From NCBI GenBank assembly GCA_963771075.1, contig CAVYSE010000002.1, positions 1-64,000 on the forward strand: a DNA stretch of 64,000 bases. The letters are read 5' to 3'. Position numbers and translations under genes: made by a program. The stretch comes from a candidate division FCPU426 bacterium. GTDB taxonomy: Bacteria > Oederibacteriota > Muellerivitia > Muellerivitales > Muellerivitaceae. Position 1 is the stretch's first letter, and each line of letters starts with the position of its first letter. Under the pieces are notes generated by a model. The model worked only from the letters and a program-made list of their open reading frames with translations. It did no database searches and was not told the origin of the DNA. This document shows, in pieces, positions 1 through 9,706 of this stretch.

Positions 1-424
1 CTGGTAGCGAGCCTGGCATCCAGCTTGTTTTGTTTGAGGGCTTCCGAAAGGATCGGCCTGACTTTTCCGGTAATCCAACCCGGTAGGCTTTTCCTGATTA
101 TGTCGGACCATTTTTTCGCCTTGCTGGCGGTGGCGGGAATACCGTTTTCACCGGCCTTAATTACAGGAATAGAATTCGCGGATGTCGCAGGTCAGGTCGA
201 TATCCTCTGAGAACCGGTTGATGGCGTTATAGGCTTTGGAAAGCGACGTTCCGCCCTTGAAAGTAAGTGCCGGGGCGATTGCAGATTGGAAAAGCGCCGA
301 ATAGGGTCCAGACAACCCAAACGTCCTTTTCCAGCAGGTAGGCCGGGCTTCCTATCCTTGCCGAGGCGGCTTGCAGGGCTTCCTTGCAATCCGACCTTGA
401 AAGGGAAAAGTAGGACTCAGCCAA
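1..424 (-). pseudogene. AbiEii/AbiGii-type nucleotidyltransferase toxin (type IV TA), 5' part; two apparent frameshifts; runs off the window
   Basis: LLEKDVWVVWTL, then in a shifted frame FKGGTSLSKAYNAINRFSEDIDLT; overlaps the stop of the upstream DUF6088 gene; paralogous to 6691-7755. Confidence 0.85.
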
Positions 425-1004
425 GTTGGCCGGCTTCGCCCAGCAATCGGGCGATCCATTCCGGGAATGAGGCCCTCGAAGCGACCATCACTTTCCACTC
501 TTCCTTTGAGATTTTTTGCCGGATTTTGACAAGGGCCTCCTGCCCATGCGCCTGTCCAATCCAGGCCAAGGCCCGGACGGCCATTCCGGCAGGCCGGTTG
601 CCCAGGGACAACTGCCACCGGGGCGCGTGCCTGAAACGAATGGTTCGTTTCCCGAGTTTCATGGTGCGGTTCCTGCCGGATGTGAAGAACACTTCCTCGA
701 CGGGAACCTGGGTGGTCAGGCCAAGTGCGTTGGCCGCGACCGCGCCATTCGGGGACACTTCCTCCCCTTTTTTGACCGCGATGGACTGGATGACGGCTTC
801 CGGCGAGGGGGGGCGGCTGCCAAAACGACCTACCACGGGGGCCACATATGCGCCTCTCTCAACCCGGATCAATTTCCCGGCTTTCGTCAGGCGGGTAAAA
901 GCCTGATCCACGGCGGCGCGGGTGTTTTTTCCCAAAAACTCCTTGGGGGACAATACGCTTCCCTCCGGCTTTGCCTTGGACGAGCTAAGAATGGATTCAA
1001 TCAA
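417..1004 (-). CDS. DUF6088 / AbiEi-like antitoxin (wHTH)
   Basis: RAAVDQAFTRLTKAGKLIRVERGAY...AANALGLTTQVP motifs; directly upstream of AbiEii. Confidence 0.85.
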   Translation of the reverse strand: MIESILSSSKAKPEGSVLSPKEFLGKNTRAAVDQAFTRLTKAGKLIRVERGAYVAPVVGRFGSRPPSPEAVIQSIAVKKGEEVSPNGAVAANALGLTTQVPVEEVFFTSGRNRTMKLGKRTIRFRHAPRWQLSLGNRPAGMAVRALAWIGQAHGQEALVKIRQKISKEEWKVMVASRASFPEWIARLLGEAGQLG

Positions 1005-1029
1005 GGGGGCTCATGGGAAATAACTCCTT

Positions 1030-1059
1030 ATGTCAGAATTATATGTCCTTTTCTGACAT
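1030..1059. promoter_or_regulatory. Inverted-repeat operator upstream of type IV TA operon 1
   Basis: ATGTCAGAA-N12-TTCTGACAT; a related IR precedes the second TA copy. Confidence 0.55.
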
Positions 1060-1190
1060 CTATCAAGGAGCCATCTTTTGGGTTCCCGGAGGAAGTAATG
1101 GGTATGGGAGGGGGGGAAATCCGGTTTCCACGGATTAAATATTCGGTTCTCATTTATTTCTTCCGCCGTCAAACCAGCCGGTACCCGTTT

Positions 1191-1718
1191 TTATCCTTCT
1201 TCCGTGGCCGATGGTTTGATTTCTACCGTATCCATGCACACTTCTTGGAATACCTTGAGTGCCAATAGCTCCACTTCCCTAAAACCAAAAAGCGCTCCAT
1301 CCCGGACCCATTCCTTCGGTGAGACCGGGGAATCTCCGGAAAGTTTGATGGTTCCCGGGTCCATAACCCAGTACTTCACCATGCTTTTGGCGGCTTCCTG
1401 AATCCGGTTAAGCTTTTCTGAAAGCCAGGGCCGGAAATCCCAATCCTCAGGACGTTCGGTATGACGGATGGTGAACTTTTCATTCTCTTGCATTGATTCA
1501 TGGGGAATACCGTGGAATTCCCCGGCTTCTTTTGCGGGAACAATAAGCTCATAGGCGGCAAGGGCATTGCTCAAAATGCGGAGCATTTCAAAATGAATAT
1601 CAGGACGTTTATCCGTATCCTTCAGATAGCTTTCCAAAGGTTTTTTGATTCGTTTGCAATCTTCGAGTATCGCTGATAATCGCCGGGTTAATTCCGAAGC
1701 TGGATCACTAGACGCCAT
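1191..1718 (-). CDS. Hypothetical protein
   Basis: Open frame; likely ATG at 1718 (MASSDPASEL) preceded by GGAGG. Confidence 0.6.
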   Translation of the reverse strand: MASSDPASELTRRLSAILEDCKRIKKPLESYLKDTDKRPDIHFEMLRILSNALAAYELIVPAKEAGEFHGIPHESMQENEKFTIRHTERPEDWDFRPWLSEKLNRIQEAAKSMVKYWVMDPGTIKLSGDSPVSPKEWVRDGALFGFREVELLALKVFQEVCMDTVEIKPSATEEG

Positions 1719-2169
1719 TATTTGCCTCCCGCAAAAGGTAAGGATAAGAGAATAATAATTATAGTTCAAACCCGCTGGAATTTTATGTTTAACACGGTTC
1801 GAAGCGATAACCGAGGATAAATTCCATGGCCCGATTTTCCTCAAACAAAAATCGGCCGCTTACCAATTTTTCCCGGTACTTGCCAATCCTAGACTTCTTT
1901 TGACTGTTCGTCATCCTGCATTTTCCCCGGAATTCCGCGAATGATTCACCCTGCCCGGAAGGGGCTTTAGCTGATATAAGCCTTCCGGCTTCAGAGGAAG
2001 GACTGATTAAATATCAACAAGATGGAATTGAAGCCCTCGGAGCTGAATATTTCATCGATAGGGCTGGTTAGAGGCCATAAAGAACCCAACCTTCTTTTCA
2101 AAAACACGCGCCACCACCGGGGTCACGAAGGCAACACCGGCCCGGTGGCGGTTGGTTTCCCTATTTTCC

Positions 2170-2412
2170 TTATCGAACCTGAGCCTTTGAGTCCGCGAAA
2201 ACCTCCGCTTCCTCGGGTGTCATTCCAGCTTCCATCGCCTTCTGGATGACGGCCTGTCGGCGGGCCTCCTTCTTGGGTAAAGAACCGCTAAAAGTTAATG
2301 CGCTCTTGTTCCTGAAATAAACCTTGGTGACAATCCGCTGTTGGTATCCACGAACAAAAACGGATTCATAAAGGACCTTTTTGATTCCTGGAATTTCGAT
2401 GTTTAACTCCAT
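2170..2412 (-). CDS. Small hypothetical protein (last gene of the ardC cluster)
   Basis: 80 aa ORF, GGAG RBS, tightly packed with the upstream ORF. Confidence 0.6.
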   Translation of the reverse strand: MELNIEIPGIKKVLYESVFVRGYQQRIVTKVYFRNKSALTFSGSLPKKEARRQAVIQKAMEAGMTPEEAEVFADSKAQVR

Positions 2413-2415
2413 GGC

Positions 2416-2634
2416 CTAATCTCCTTTCCGAATTTCATACCCTTGATCCGGATCGCAATCCGGGCAAATCTTCCCCAAGTCCTGAACCCGGACGTACATC
2501 CGTGTCCCACAAACCCGGCAATAGGAATAAAAGTAATAGGGCGTCTCAAACCCCATCTTCTCCGGCCTTTCGCCCTGCTTGATTCCCTGGTTCAAGCTGT
2601 CCCCCTTCCTGTTTCCCCTGGTTTGGCGTTCCAT
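2416..2634 (-). CDS. Small zinc-ribbon protein
   Basis: CRVC...CPDC motif; ATG at 2634 after GGGGAAG. Confidence 0.55.
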   Translation of the reverse strand: MERQTRGNRKGDSLNQGIKQGERPEKMGFETPYYFYSYCRVCGTRMYVRVQDLGKICPDCDPDQGYEIRKGD

Positions 2635-2651
2635 GGCTTCCCCCTGGTCCG

Positions 2652-2840
2652 TTAAGGACCATCCGAAAATTCCTTTACGACTCTCAGGTAATTGCCCATC
2701 ACGGCCTGGAAGTAAGGGGAGCAGGAAATTTTCCCGCAAGCGGCCAAAGGTTCTTCCCCTGGATTCTCCTTTTTGAATTCCCGGATTTTCTCCTCGGGAA
2801 CCTCCAATTCCGTCCCGCACACCCAACAATTCATTTTCAT
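2652..2840 (-). CDS. Small zinc-finger-like protein
   Basis: MKMNCWVCG...ACGKISC; AGGAG RBS. Confidence 0.55.
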   Translation of the reverse strand: MKMNCWVCGTELEVPEEKIREFKKENPGEEPLAACGKISCSPYFQAVMGNYLRVVKEFSDGP

Positions 2841-2854
2841 TTCAAATTCTCCTT

Positions 2855-3332
2855 TCAAAGAAGTCCCGCATGGCGGAACGAAAAATGGCCCTCGTGGGCG
2901 ACGATCAAATGGTCATGAACGGTCACCCCCAAAGCCTTGGCGGCGGTCGAAACCTGCCGGGTTAGGGCCCGGTCGCCCTCGGAGGGTTCCAGGCTTCCCC
3001 CAGGATGGTTATGCGCCAAAATAACGCCCGATGGCTTTTAGCTCCAGGGCGCGGCGGCATATCTCCCTTGGATAAACCGCGGTATGGTCCACGGTTCCCT
3101 CCCCTTCCAGCACCACGTCCAAAATGTGGTTGCGGTGGTCCAGGTACATGCAAAGGAAAGCCTCGTTGGATTTCCCCCCGATGAACCGCTTGAAGTACTC
3201 CACCGCTTTATCCGGGCTCTCCACCACCGGCCCCCGCTTATAAGTTTCACGCGCCTCCGACCACGACGTGGGCGGAACGGTCGGCGCGGGGAAAGCATCC
3301 AGGTTGAATCTCATGACAAGTTGTCTTTTCAT
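2855..3332 (-). CDS. radC: RadC-like JAB/MPN domain protein, one frameshift near 3028
   Basis: EAFLCMYLD...GTVDHTAVYPREICRRALE, then in a shifted frame VILAHNHPGGSLEPS...VHDHLIV...SFRHAGLL-stop. Confidence 0.85.
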
Positions 3333-3344
3333 GGCGGCCCCCTT

Positions 3345-4253
3345 TCAGGCTACCGACTTGTCGGGCGTAGCCTCGACCAAGCCGGATTCAACGAATTCAG
3401 TTTTCAAGATGAAGTCCATCGCGGCCTGGGCCTTGGCGGCGGCTGTGAAGATGGCCCGCTTGTGGTCCTTCAAAACCTGAATCCAGTCCCCGATATAGTT
3501 GGAATGCCGGGTGGCGTAGGGGATTCCCACGGAGGCGCAAAGGAAGGCGGCTCCCATTTCGGCAACCAGTTCCTCGAAAGCGTAGGCCTGGTCCCCGTAG
3601 CGCTTCCCGAATTCCCGGTTGAGGCGGTGGCTCGCGCCGGTCCAATGGCAAACCTCGTGGTAAGCGACGCCAAAAAAAGCGTCGCGGCTCTCGAAGCTCT
3701 CTTTCAAGGGAAGGGTGATGAAGTCCGTCTTGCGGTCATAAAAGGCCTGGTCAACGGGTGCGAGAATTATTTCCGCTCCCGAATCCGTCAAAATTCCTTC
3801 GGCCTCCTCCAGGGTCTGGAATGGCTCGACGGTTTCCGCCTTCGGTTTCAGGTGGTCCAATCCCTCCACTTGGTCCAGGTTGAAAACCGTATAGGTCCGG
3901 AGAACCCAAAAGGATTGTTCCTCAAGCAAGACCTCATCTTCCAGGTTGAGGCTCTTGGTCTTGGAAAGCTTCTTGTAGAAAACCACGTCGGTCCCCTTCT
4001 CGCCCTTCCTGACGTTTCCCTTCAAGGCCTTGGCCTGGTTGAAGGTGATCCAGGCCGGGGATGAAAACCCCTTTTCTATTTGTTGGTGCCACAAACAAAA
4101 TGTGTTTATACCCCTGTACCGCTTCTGGGTGCTGGCGTTCACCGGCAGGGGTAAGCCCTTCCCGTTTTTCCAGGGCTTCTCCCAGGGTGTGACGCCCTTT
4201 TCCAGGTCTTCCAAAATCCGGTTTGTGATTTCCTCGGCGATATTCCTCTTCAT
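3345..4253 (-). CDS. ardC: ArdC-family antirestriction ssDNA-binding protein (DUF1738 plus zincin-like domain)
   Basis: PWEKPW, YRGIN, WITFNQA, VRKGEKG, YTVFNLDQ, HEVCHWTG, YAFEELVAE motifs. Confidence 0.93.
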   Translation of the reverse strand: MKRNIAEEITNRILEDLEKGVTPWEKPWKNGKGLPLPVNASTQKRYRGINTFCLWHQQIEKGFSSPAWITFNQAKALKGNVRKGEKGTDVVFYKKLSKTKSLNLEDEVLLEEQSFWVLRTYTVFNLDQVEGLDHLKPKAETVEPFQTLEEAEGILTDSGAEIILAPVDQAFYDRKTDFITLPLKESFESRDAFFGVAYHEVCHWTGASHRLNREFGKRYGDQAYAFEELVAEMGAAFLCASVGIPYATRHSNYIGDWIQVLKDHKRAIFTAAAKAQAAMDFILKTEFVESGLVEATPDKSVA

Positions 4254-4272
4254 GGTTCTGCCTCCTTAGTTT

Positions 4273-4506
4273 TTAGGTGAGTGAATGAATTAGTTTTTGA
4301 ACCTCCAAAAGCTGTAAAGGGTCCAGGGCGCATCCAATCGCCCCTAAAAATTCGCCCTCGGTTAGGCCGTCTTTCACGTCCACCATGGAAAGGGTTTCCT
4401 GGTCTTCGATCTCGTAGAAAAAGAACCCTTCCGAATCCTTCCCAAAGTGGATTTCGTACCTCTCCAAGGCCTTGAACTTCATGACTTCAAAAGCTGGATG
4501 CGCCAT
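4273..4506 (-). CDS. Small hypothetical protein
   Basis: 77 aa ORF with GGAGG RBS, in the operon upstream of ardC. Confidence 0.6.
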   Translation of the reverse strand: MAHPAFEVMKFKALERYEIHFGKDSEGFFFYEIEDQETLSMVDVKDGLTEGEFLGAIGCALDPLQLLEVQKLIHSLT

Positions 4507-4515
4507 AACCCCTCC

Positions 4516-4656
4516 TTAAAACCCCCAACCTTCCTCAAGCTTCCGGATGACCCGGTCGATCTCCTCATCCGGCACGGGCCAGCTTTGGGCCTTCGGCTCC
4601 TCGGCCTGGCTCCCCTCCGGTTTTCTCTCCTGCTTCGTGTCCTGTTCCATTTCCAT
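4516..4656 (-). CDS. Very small hypothetical protein (46 aa, MEMEQDTKQ...EEGWGF)
   Basis: Read manually; GGGGGTG RBS; stop 9 nt upstream of the next start. Confidence 0.45.
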   Translation of the reverse strand: MEMEQDTKQERKPEGSQAEEPKAQSWPVPDEEIDRVIRKLEEGWGF

Positions 4657-4764
4657 CACCCCCTTTTTTTCCTTTGTTTTTTTTGATGGCTATTCGCCTT
4701 TCAAAAAACCGCCTTCCACCTCCCCCCTCAAAAACAGAGGGGGGGAGGGGAAGGCCATAGCGGG

Positions 4765-4940
4765 AGTTTTGGGAGTTCGTGCGGGAAAGCGTCCTGAAAC
4801 TGAGGGAGGGAAAAACAAAGCAAGGCCACCCTTTACTTTTGTGACAGCCGCGCCTTTCGGCTGGCGCAAAAGTTGCCGTGCAAGGGTGGCCGTGTGCGAA
4901 GGAAGACCGTCATTGGGCCTCGGGACGAACTCCCGAAACT
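4765..4940. promoter_or_regulatory. Long nested stem-loop upstream of the ardC cluster; candidate ssDNA promoter (Frpo/ssi/CUP-like)
   Basis: Nested pairings 4765-4780/4925-4940, 4824-4833/4882-4891 and 4835-4850/4858-4873. Confidence 0.55.
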
Positions 4941-5603
4941 ATCCATCGCCCAATCACCTGGACCTATCGACCCTCTATGTCTGCTTTTTGGGTTTACTGC
5001 TGAACTTCAGGAAGGAATGACCACTCAAGATCCACCATGAGACCAAAAACCGCTTCACTCTCCACCACCACCGAATCCAGGCACGGTTCTTTTGGGAATC
5101 CCCGATACCCGAAGTGCCGGGAGCCTTCGGATTTTTCGAAGGCGGGGACGAAGTCCTTTCAAAAATGGGAAACCGAGGGGGTATCACTTTTCTTACCCCG
5201 AAATTTTCCATTTTTGAAACGGCCCTGAGGACTCGCACCCTCCCATCCATTTATCGGCGGCGTGCCAGGGCGGCATTTTTAGTTCGCCCAGGCGTGCCGC
5301 CGCCTTTGTGGGAGTGCCAATCCGAAAGCCCCCTCCCCGGCATGTAGCCTCCAAAATTCCATTCCCCGAAGGGCTCCAATGCTTTGGCTGGATAGCATGA
5401 CGGGGAGGGGGCTTTTGGCTTGGTGGGGTCCCCAAAGGGAAATGGATGGGAAATGACAGCTACCACCCCCATCGCCCACCGCCGGTTCAAGGGATTCCAA
5501 AGGGTCTTTCCCCTTTGGTAAGGGGCTTGGGGGCAAGGCCCCCGGGGATCGGGGTGGGCCGGGACCCGCGCCTTTGCGGGGCTTGGCCCAGGGGGGAAGG
5601 CCC

Positions 5604-5637
5604 ACGTACCCAGAAGCCCTTTGGCTTCTGGGTACGT
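5604..5637. repeat. Perfect 15-bp inverted repeat in the putative oriT/ori region
   Basis: ACGTACCCAGAAGCC-CTTT-GGCTTCTGGGTACGT. Confidence 0.8.
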
Positions 5638-5793
5638 TCCCCCTTTAAACAATCTTCTAAGTCTTGAGTGATGTTCTTCCGGCTGCCTTATGTGATGTCT
5701 TCCCGGCTGTCTTTATCCGCTATGTACCCTATTCTCTGTCTTTGGTGTCACCCCGGCCTTTAAGCGGCTCCCTATCCTGTTCCCCACCAAATC

Positions 5794-5836
5794 AAAAAAA
5801 ATGGGGCTTCCTGGTGGTTTTCCAGGAAGCCCCATT
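5794..5836 (-). terminator. Rho-independent terminator-like hairpin
   Basis: AATGGGGCTTCCTGG/CCAGGAAGCCCCATT stem followed by a T-run on the minus strand. Confidence 0.6.
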
Positions 5837-6190
5837 ACCATGATTCTTCGCCTTGTTTTTACCCCGCCCAATACACACCTGCCACTCCATTCACCAGCAA
5901 CGGTCTGCTTTACCGGCTCCCCCTTCGGCTCCTACCACCACCTTCCTCATTACCACACCCCCACGCCGTTACCACCTCAGACATCCACCACCCACCACTT
6001 CATCAGCTACGTTTTGCTTTACCTAATCCCCCCCCGCCACCTTCTTCAATCACAAGCTTTTCCAGCACCCCATCAATTACCACCACCACTTCAATCTCAA
6101 CCTCCCACTTCTATTCTCACTGTTGTCTTTCTTTCTTGTTATCTCTTCATCTACTCATCAAGTAAGTTTTTATGGTTTATTAAGGTTTTC

Positions 6191-6273
6191 TCATGCGGAG
6201 AGGGCGAACCCCCCTATCGTTTCTAGCATCATCACTTGATGCGTAGATAGGGGGGTTCGCCATCGGAGCATGA
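6191..6273. repeat. Long imperfect palindrome
   Basis: GGCGAACCCCCCTATC (6203-6218) pairs with GATAGGGGGGTTCGCC (6246-6261); outer TCATGC/GCATGA and inner GCATCA/TGATGC stems. Confidence 0.8.
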
Positions 6274-6681
6274 GGAAACCAGCCTCAAATAACACTCAAA
6301 CCCACTTTTCGAGTTCAAATGAATTGAACTCCTTTTGGAAGGACAAAAACCCCCAACACCCTCCCCCAAGGCCGGGTTTCCATCTGGCCGGTCCCTGCGC
6401 CGGGTCGTTTGGTCCGCTGGCAGTCCCTTCCCAATCGCCTTCCATCCGTTCTTCAGCCCCAATTTTTCAGCGTTTTATCCTATCCCCTTGAACCACATTC
6501 CTTTCCGATACCGACAACACTTCACGGCTCATCCATCACCGATCCGGGCCAAAGGTTCGGCGCTGACCCCCGAAAAAACCCCCATCATTACGTTTCAAAA
6601 TTTTCGGAAACCCGCCTTAAATAATCCCCAAACGCACTTTTTGAGTTCAAATGGATTGAACTAATTACGGAAGGAAAAAAC
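6274..6681 (+). repeat. Two ~76-bp imperfect direct repeats (6274-6350, 6606-6681)
   Basis: GGAAAC..GCCT.AAATAA....CAAAC.CACTTTT.GAGTTCAAATG.ATTGAACT...GGAAGGA.AAAA shared; each contains AGTTCAA-N5-TTGAACT. Confidence 0.8.
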
Positions 6682-6690
6682 GCCAAACAT

Positions 6691-7755
6691 TCATCGGTTC
6701 AATTGCTTTTCGGCGTCCCTTAAAACCGCCAGAACGTCCTCAAAGATCGGCGGTTCCCCCAGGAACATCGCCTCCATCGCGTTAAAATCGCGTTTCAGTT
6801 CCTCCACCCGGCTTGCCGCCGGATGCAATCGCAGGCTTCCAGGCTTAGCCGAATCGTAATGTGCCCAGCCGGAAGCAAAGAAACGTTGCTTAAACAACAC
6901 CACCCGTTCCAACAATTCCAGGTCCCGGAGCGCCGCCTCTCGGGACGGATGGTTCCACAACGAGGCCATGTCGGAATAATGCCGTGCGAAGCGGGCTGGA
7001 ATCTTCTGGCTGGCGGGCCGGTGGTATTCCGCGTGGAGGATGGTCGCTTTCTCCCAAAAAGTGCGTTCCACCTCAAGCGCGACGACGCTTTCGTCTTCCG
7101 GTTCCAGTGTTTTCAATGCCTCGAAGATCAAAGGCCGTATCGGATGGGTACCGCGAGGCCTCTGGTCGGTCAATGAGCCGAACTCAAGCTTGATGCTTTG
7201 TTGGATGTACCCCTCCGCCACCCTTAGGGCGGCAGGATAGGCGAACAACAGAACAGGGGACCCTGTCTTTGGATCGATTGAAAATTCCAGCCATGAACCC
7301 CCACCTCGACGGGCACCCAATTCATCCAAAATGGCCTTTTCCAACGCCCTGCCAAACCGGCCTTCAACGTATTCCACGCAAGCCTTCTGAACCTCTTCAA
7401 ACCGTTTGGCCCGGCCCGTCCGCGACAGGATTCCTTCGATTTCCTTTTCCGAAAAGCCAAGACTCTCGGGTGAAACCGATAAATCCACATCCTCCGAAAA
7501 CCGGCGGATCGCGCCGAACACCTTGGACAGCGAGGTGCCGCCCTTGAAAACCACTTGGCCGGAATATCCCGGCAATGTGAATATCCGGCCCAACGTCCAG
7601 CATACCCAATAGTCCTTCTCGACGATGACGGGTTGGACGTTCAGGCGTTCGGAAGCCTCTTCAATAAGGGTGGCCCGGTCCGAGAAGGCTCTCACGGCAA
7701 ACCGGGGCATTACTTGGTCCCCTCGGCCACAGCCCGGAGGATAGGGCGCATCCAT
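6691..7755 (-). CDS. AbiEii/AbiGii nucleotidyltransferase toxin (type IV TA)
   Basis: VEKDYWVCWTL, FKGGTSLSKVFGAIRRFSEDVDL, ERTFWEKATILH, ARHYSD motifs; true start probably ~7710. Confidence 0.92.
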   Translation of the reverse strand: MDAPYPPGCGRGDQVMPRFAVRAFSDRATLIEEASERLNVQPVIVEKDYWVCWTLGRIFTLPGYSGQVVFKGGTSLSKVFGAIRRFSEDVDLSVSPESLGFSEKEIEGILSRTGRAKRFEEVQKACVEYVEGRFGRALEKAILDELGARRGGGSWLEFSIDPKTGSPVLLFAYPAALRVAEGYIQQSIKLEFGSLTDQRPRGTHPIRPLIFEALKTLEPEDESVVALEVERTFWEKATILHAEYHRPASQKIPARFARHYSDMASLWNHPSREAALRDLELLERVVLFKQRFFASGWAHYDSAKPGSLRLHPAASRVEELKRDFNAMEAMFLGEPPIFEDVLAVLRDAEKQLNR

Positions 7756-8336
7756 GCCGGAGCCAAGGAAAGGTCTCCGGCCAGCTTCTTTCGGTCAGCG
7801 GTCGAAAGCAATTTTCGAAGGGAGGCAATCCGGTCGCTCGTCACATGGTCCTTGCCTATATAACGGAAGGCCTGAATCACCAGCCCACTGGTGCGGCCTG
7901 CGGCGGTCATGTTTCGGGGGGTTGTTCGTTTCAATCGGATAGTCCGGTTGAGGATACGGTAGGTCCGGCTGTCCCCATCGGTTAAAAAATCGATCTTGGC
8001 CGGAACCTGTTCAGATAGGTGGAGCAGGTTGGCCGCGTATGCGCCGGTGGGTTGAAGCCGAAGCTTGTTCTTGCCCGCCAAGGCCCTGGCGATAGCCTCG
8101 ATGGAAGGAGCTAAAAAACCCAATTCGGGATGTGTACGCGGGTAGTCATATAACCCCCGTGTCAACCGACGAATGGTACCGGCCTTAGCCAACCGATGGA
8201 GGATAATATCGACCGCTTGACGGCTTCCCAAATCCAGGAAGTCGGTTGGAACAAAAACAGAACCCCGTCCCTGTTCGTGAATGCGGTCTAGGATTTTGGA
8301 ATCAATACTTTTCGGTGATTTAGGTTCCGTTTTCAT
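7710..8336 (-). CDS. DUF6088 / AbiEi-like antitoxin
   Basis: VFVPTDFLDLGSRQAVDIILHRLAKAGTIRRLTRGLYDYP...AANLLHLSEQVP. Confidence 0.9.
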   Translation of the reverse strand: MKTEPKSPKSIDSKILDRIHEQGRGSVFVPTDFLDLGSRQAVDIILHRLAKAGTIRRLTRGLYDYPRTHPELGFLAPSIEAIARALAGKNKLRLQPTGAYAANLLHLSEQVPAKIDFLTDGDSRTYRILNRTIRLKRTTPRNMTAAGRTSGLVIQAFRYIGKDHVTSDRIASLRKLLSTADRKKLAGDLSLAPAWMRPILRAVAEGTK

Positions 8337-8365
8337 GTAAGAAAAAGTACCCTGTTTTTCTTACA
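8336..8365. promoter_or_regulatory. Inverted-repeat operator at the start of type IV TA operon 2
   Basis: TGTAAGAAAAA-N8-TTTTTCTTACA. Confidence 0.55.
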
Positions 8366-8423
8366 AACTCAAGTGGTTTTATCTTCCTTTTTTCTCATCT
8401 TCAAAAGCGGGGTATTCCACCAG

Positions 8424-9697
8424 TCAAGGCACCCTGGCTATGGGCAAGTCCCTCAGCCGGGTCGTGTAGTGCGGGGACTGTCTCCCGAATCTCGTCAGCC
8501 ACCTTTGGTTGATCCCCACCGATGCCATCCGGACGGTCCCTGCCCCCTTGACCTCGTTCAATTGGTCGATGGCCCTCATCAAGACCGGCCTTCGGAGGTC
8601 TTCCGGGTGGATGAACAAATGCCCCTGGACGGCGTCCTCGGGCTCCAGCTTGTCGGCGTTCAACCCTATGCGCTTGTACCGGTAGCCCTTCCGGTACAGG
8701 CTCTCCACCACGGCCACCACGTAGCGGATCAAGGGTGGAGGTGTCGTTGGTGGCCACCGGGAAAACCACCGTCCGGGCGTCCCCGTATTGGGGGTCATGG
8801 CCGAAAGGGTTGGTCTGAATCCAGATGGTCAGTTCCTTCACGCATTGCTTCTCCTTTCGGAGCTTCAAGGCCTCCTCGGAGGCCCTGGTCGCCGCGGCCT
8901 CCTTCAGTTCCTCCAACGTCTCGATCAGGGCACCGAAACCCTGGGCCGTTCCCACCATCTTCTTGGCCGGGGGCAGCAGCTCCATGGGCAGGCAGGACAC
9001 CCCCTTCAACTCCGATTGAATCCTGGCCCCCACGACGGTCATCTTGGCCCTCACCCAATGCTCCGGAGCGTTCCTGAATTCCAGGGCGTTGTTGATGCCG
9101 TTCTCCTTGAGCATCCTTTCGTAGGCCGGCCCGACATACCAGATATCCCCCACGTCGGTTCGGGCAAGGGCCTTCTCCAGGTGGGGCGACTTGAAGAGGT
9201 TCAGGACCCCCCTGGCCTTGGCCGACTTCTTGGCGATCTTGTTGGCGACCTTCGCCAAAACCTTGGTCCCCGCGATCCCCACCGACACGGGTATTTCGGT
9301 GCACCTTTCCACCATCTCCTTGATGCGCCTCCCGTACCCTTCCAGCTCCTCACTGGGGGATGCCGGAGAGGTCCAGGAAACATTCGTCGATGGAGTATTT
9401 CTCCAACCTGGGGGTGAAGAGGGAAAGCACTTCCCTCACCCGGTCGCACAGGTCGAAATAGAGGGGGTAGTTTGAGGACAGGACGGCGACGTCATGGGCC
9501 TTCAACAGGTCGCGCATAAGGAACGGGGCGTCACCCATTTTGAGGCCTAAAGCCTTGGCCTCATTTGACCGGGCGATCACTAGGCCATCGTTGTTGGAGA
9601 GCACAACGACTGGCCGCTTGTATAACCGGGGATTAAAGGCACGCTCACAGGAGACGTAGAAATTATTGCAGTCCACTAAGCCGACGACGTACTCCAC
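8424..9697 (-). pseudogene. umuC: UmuC-like Y-family DNA polymerase V subunit in three frames (9350-9697, to ~8740, 8424-8798)
   Basis: LVDCNNFYVSCER, VVVLSNNDG, YSIDECFLD, SVGIAGTKVLAKVAN; C-terminal DUF4113-like SPHYTTRLRDLPIA; frameshifts near 9355 and 8740. Confidence 0.9.
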
Positions 9698-9706
9698 TGG
9701 AACCTC

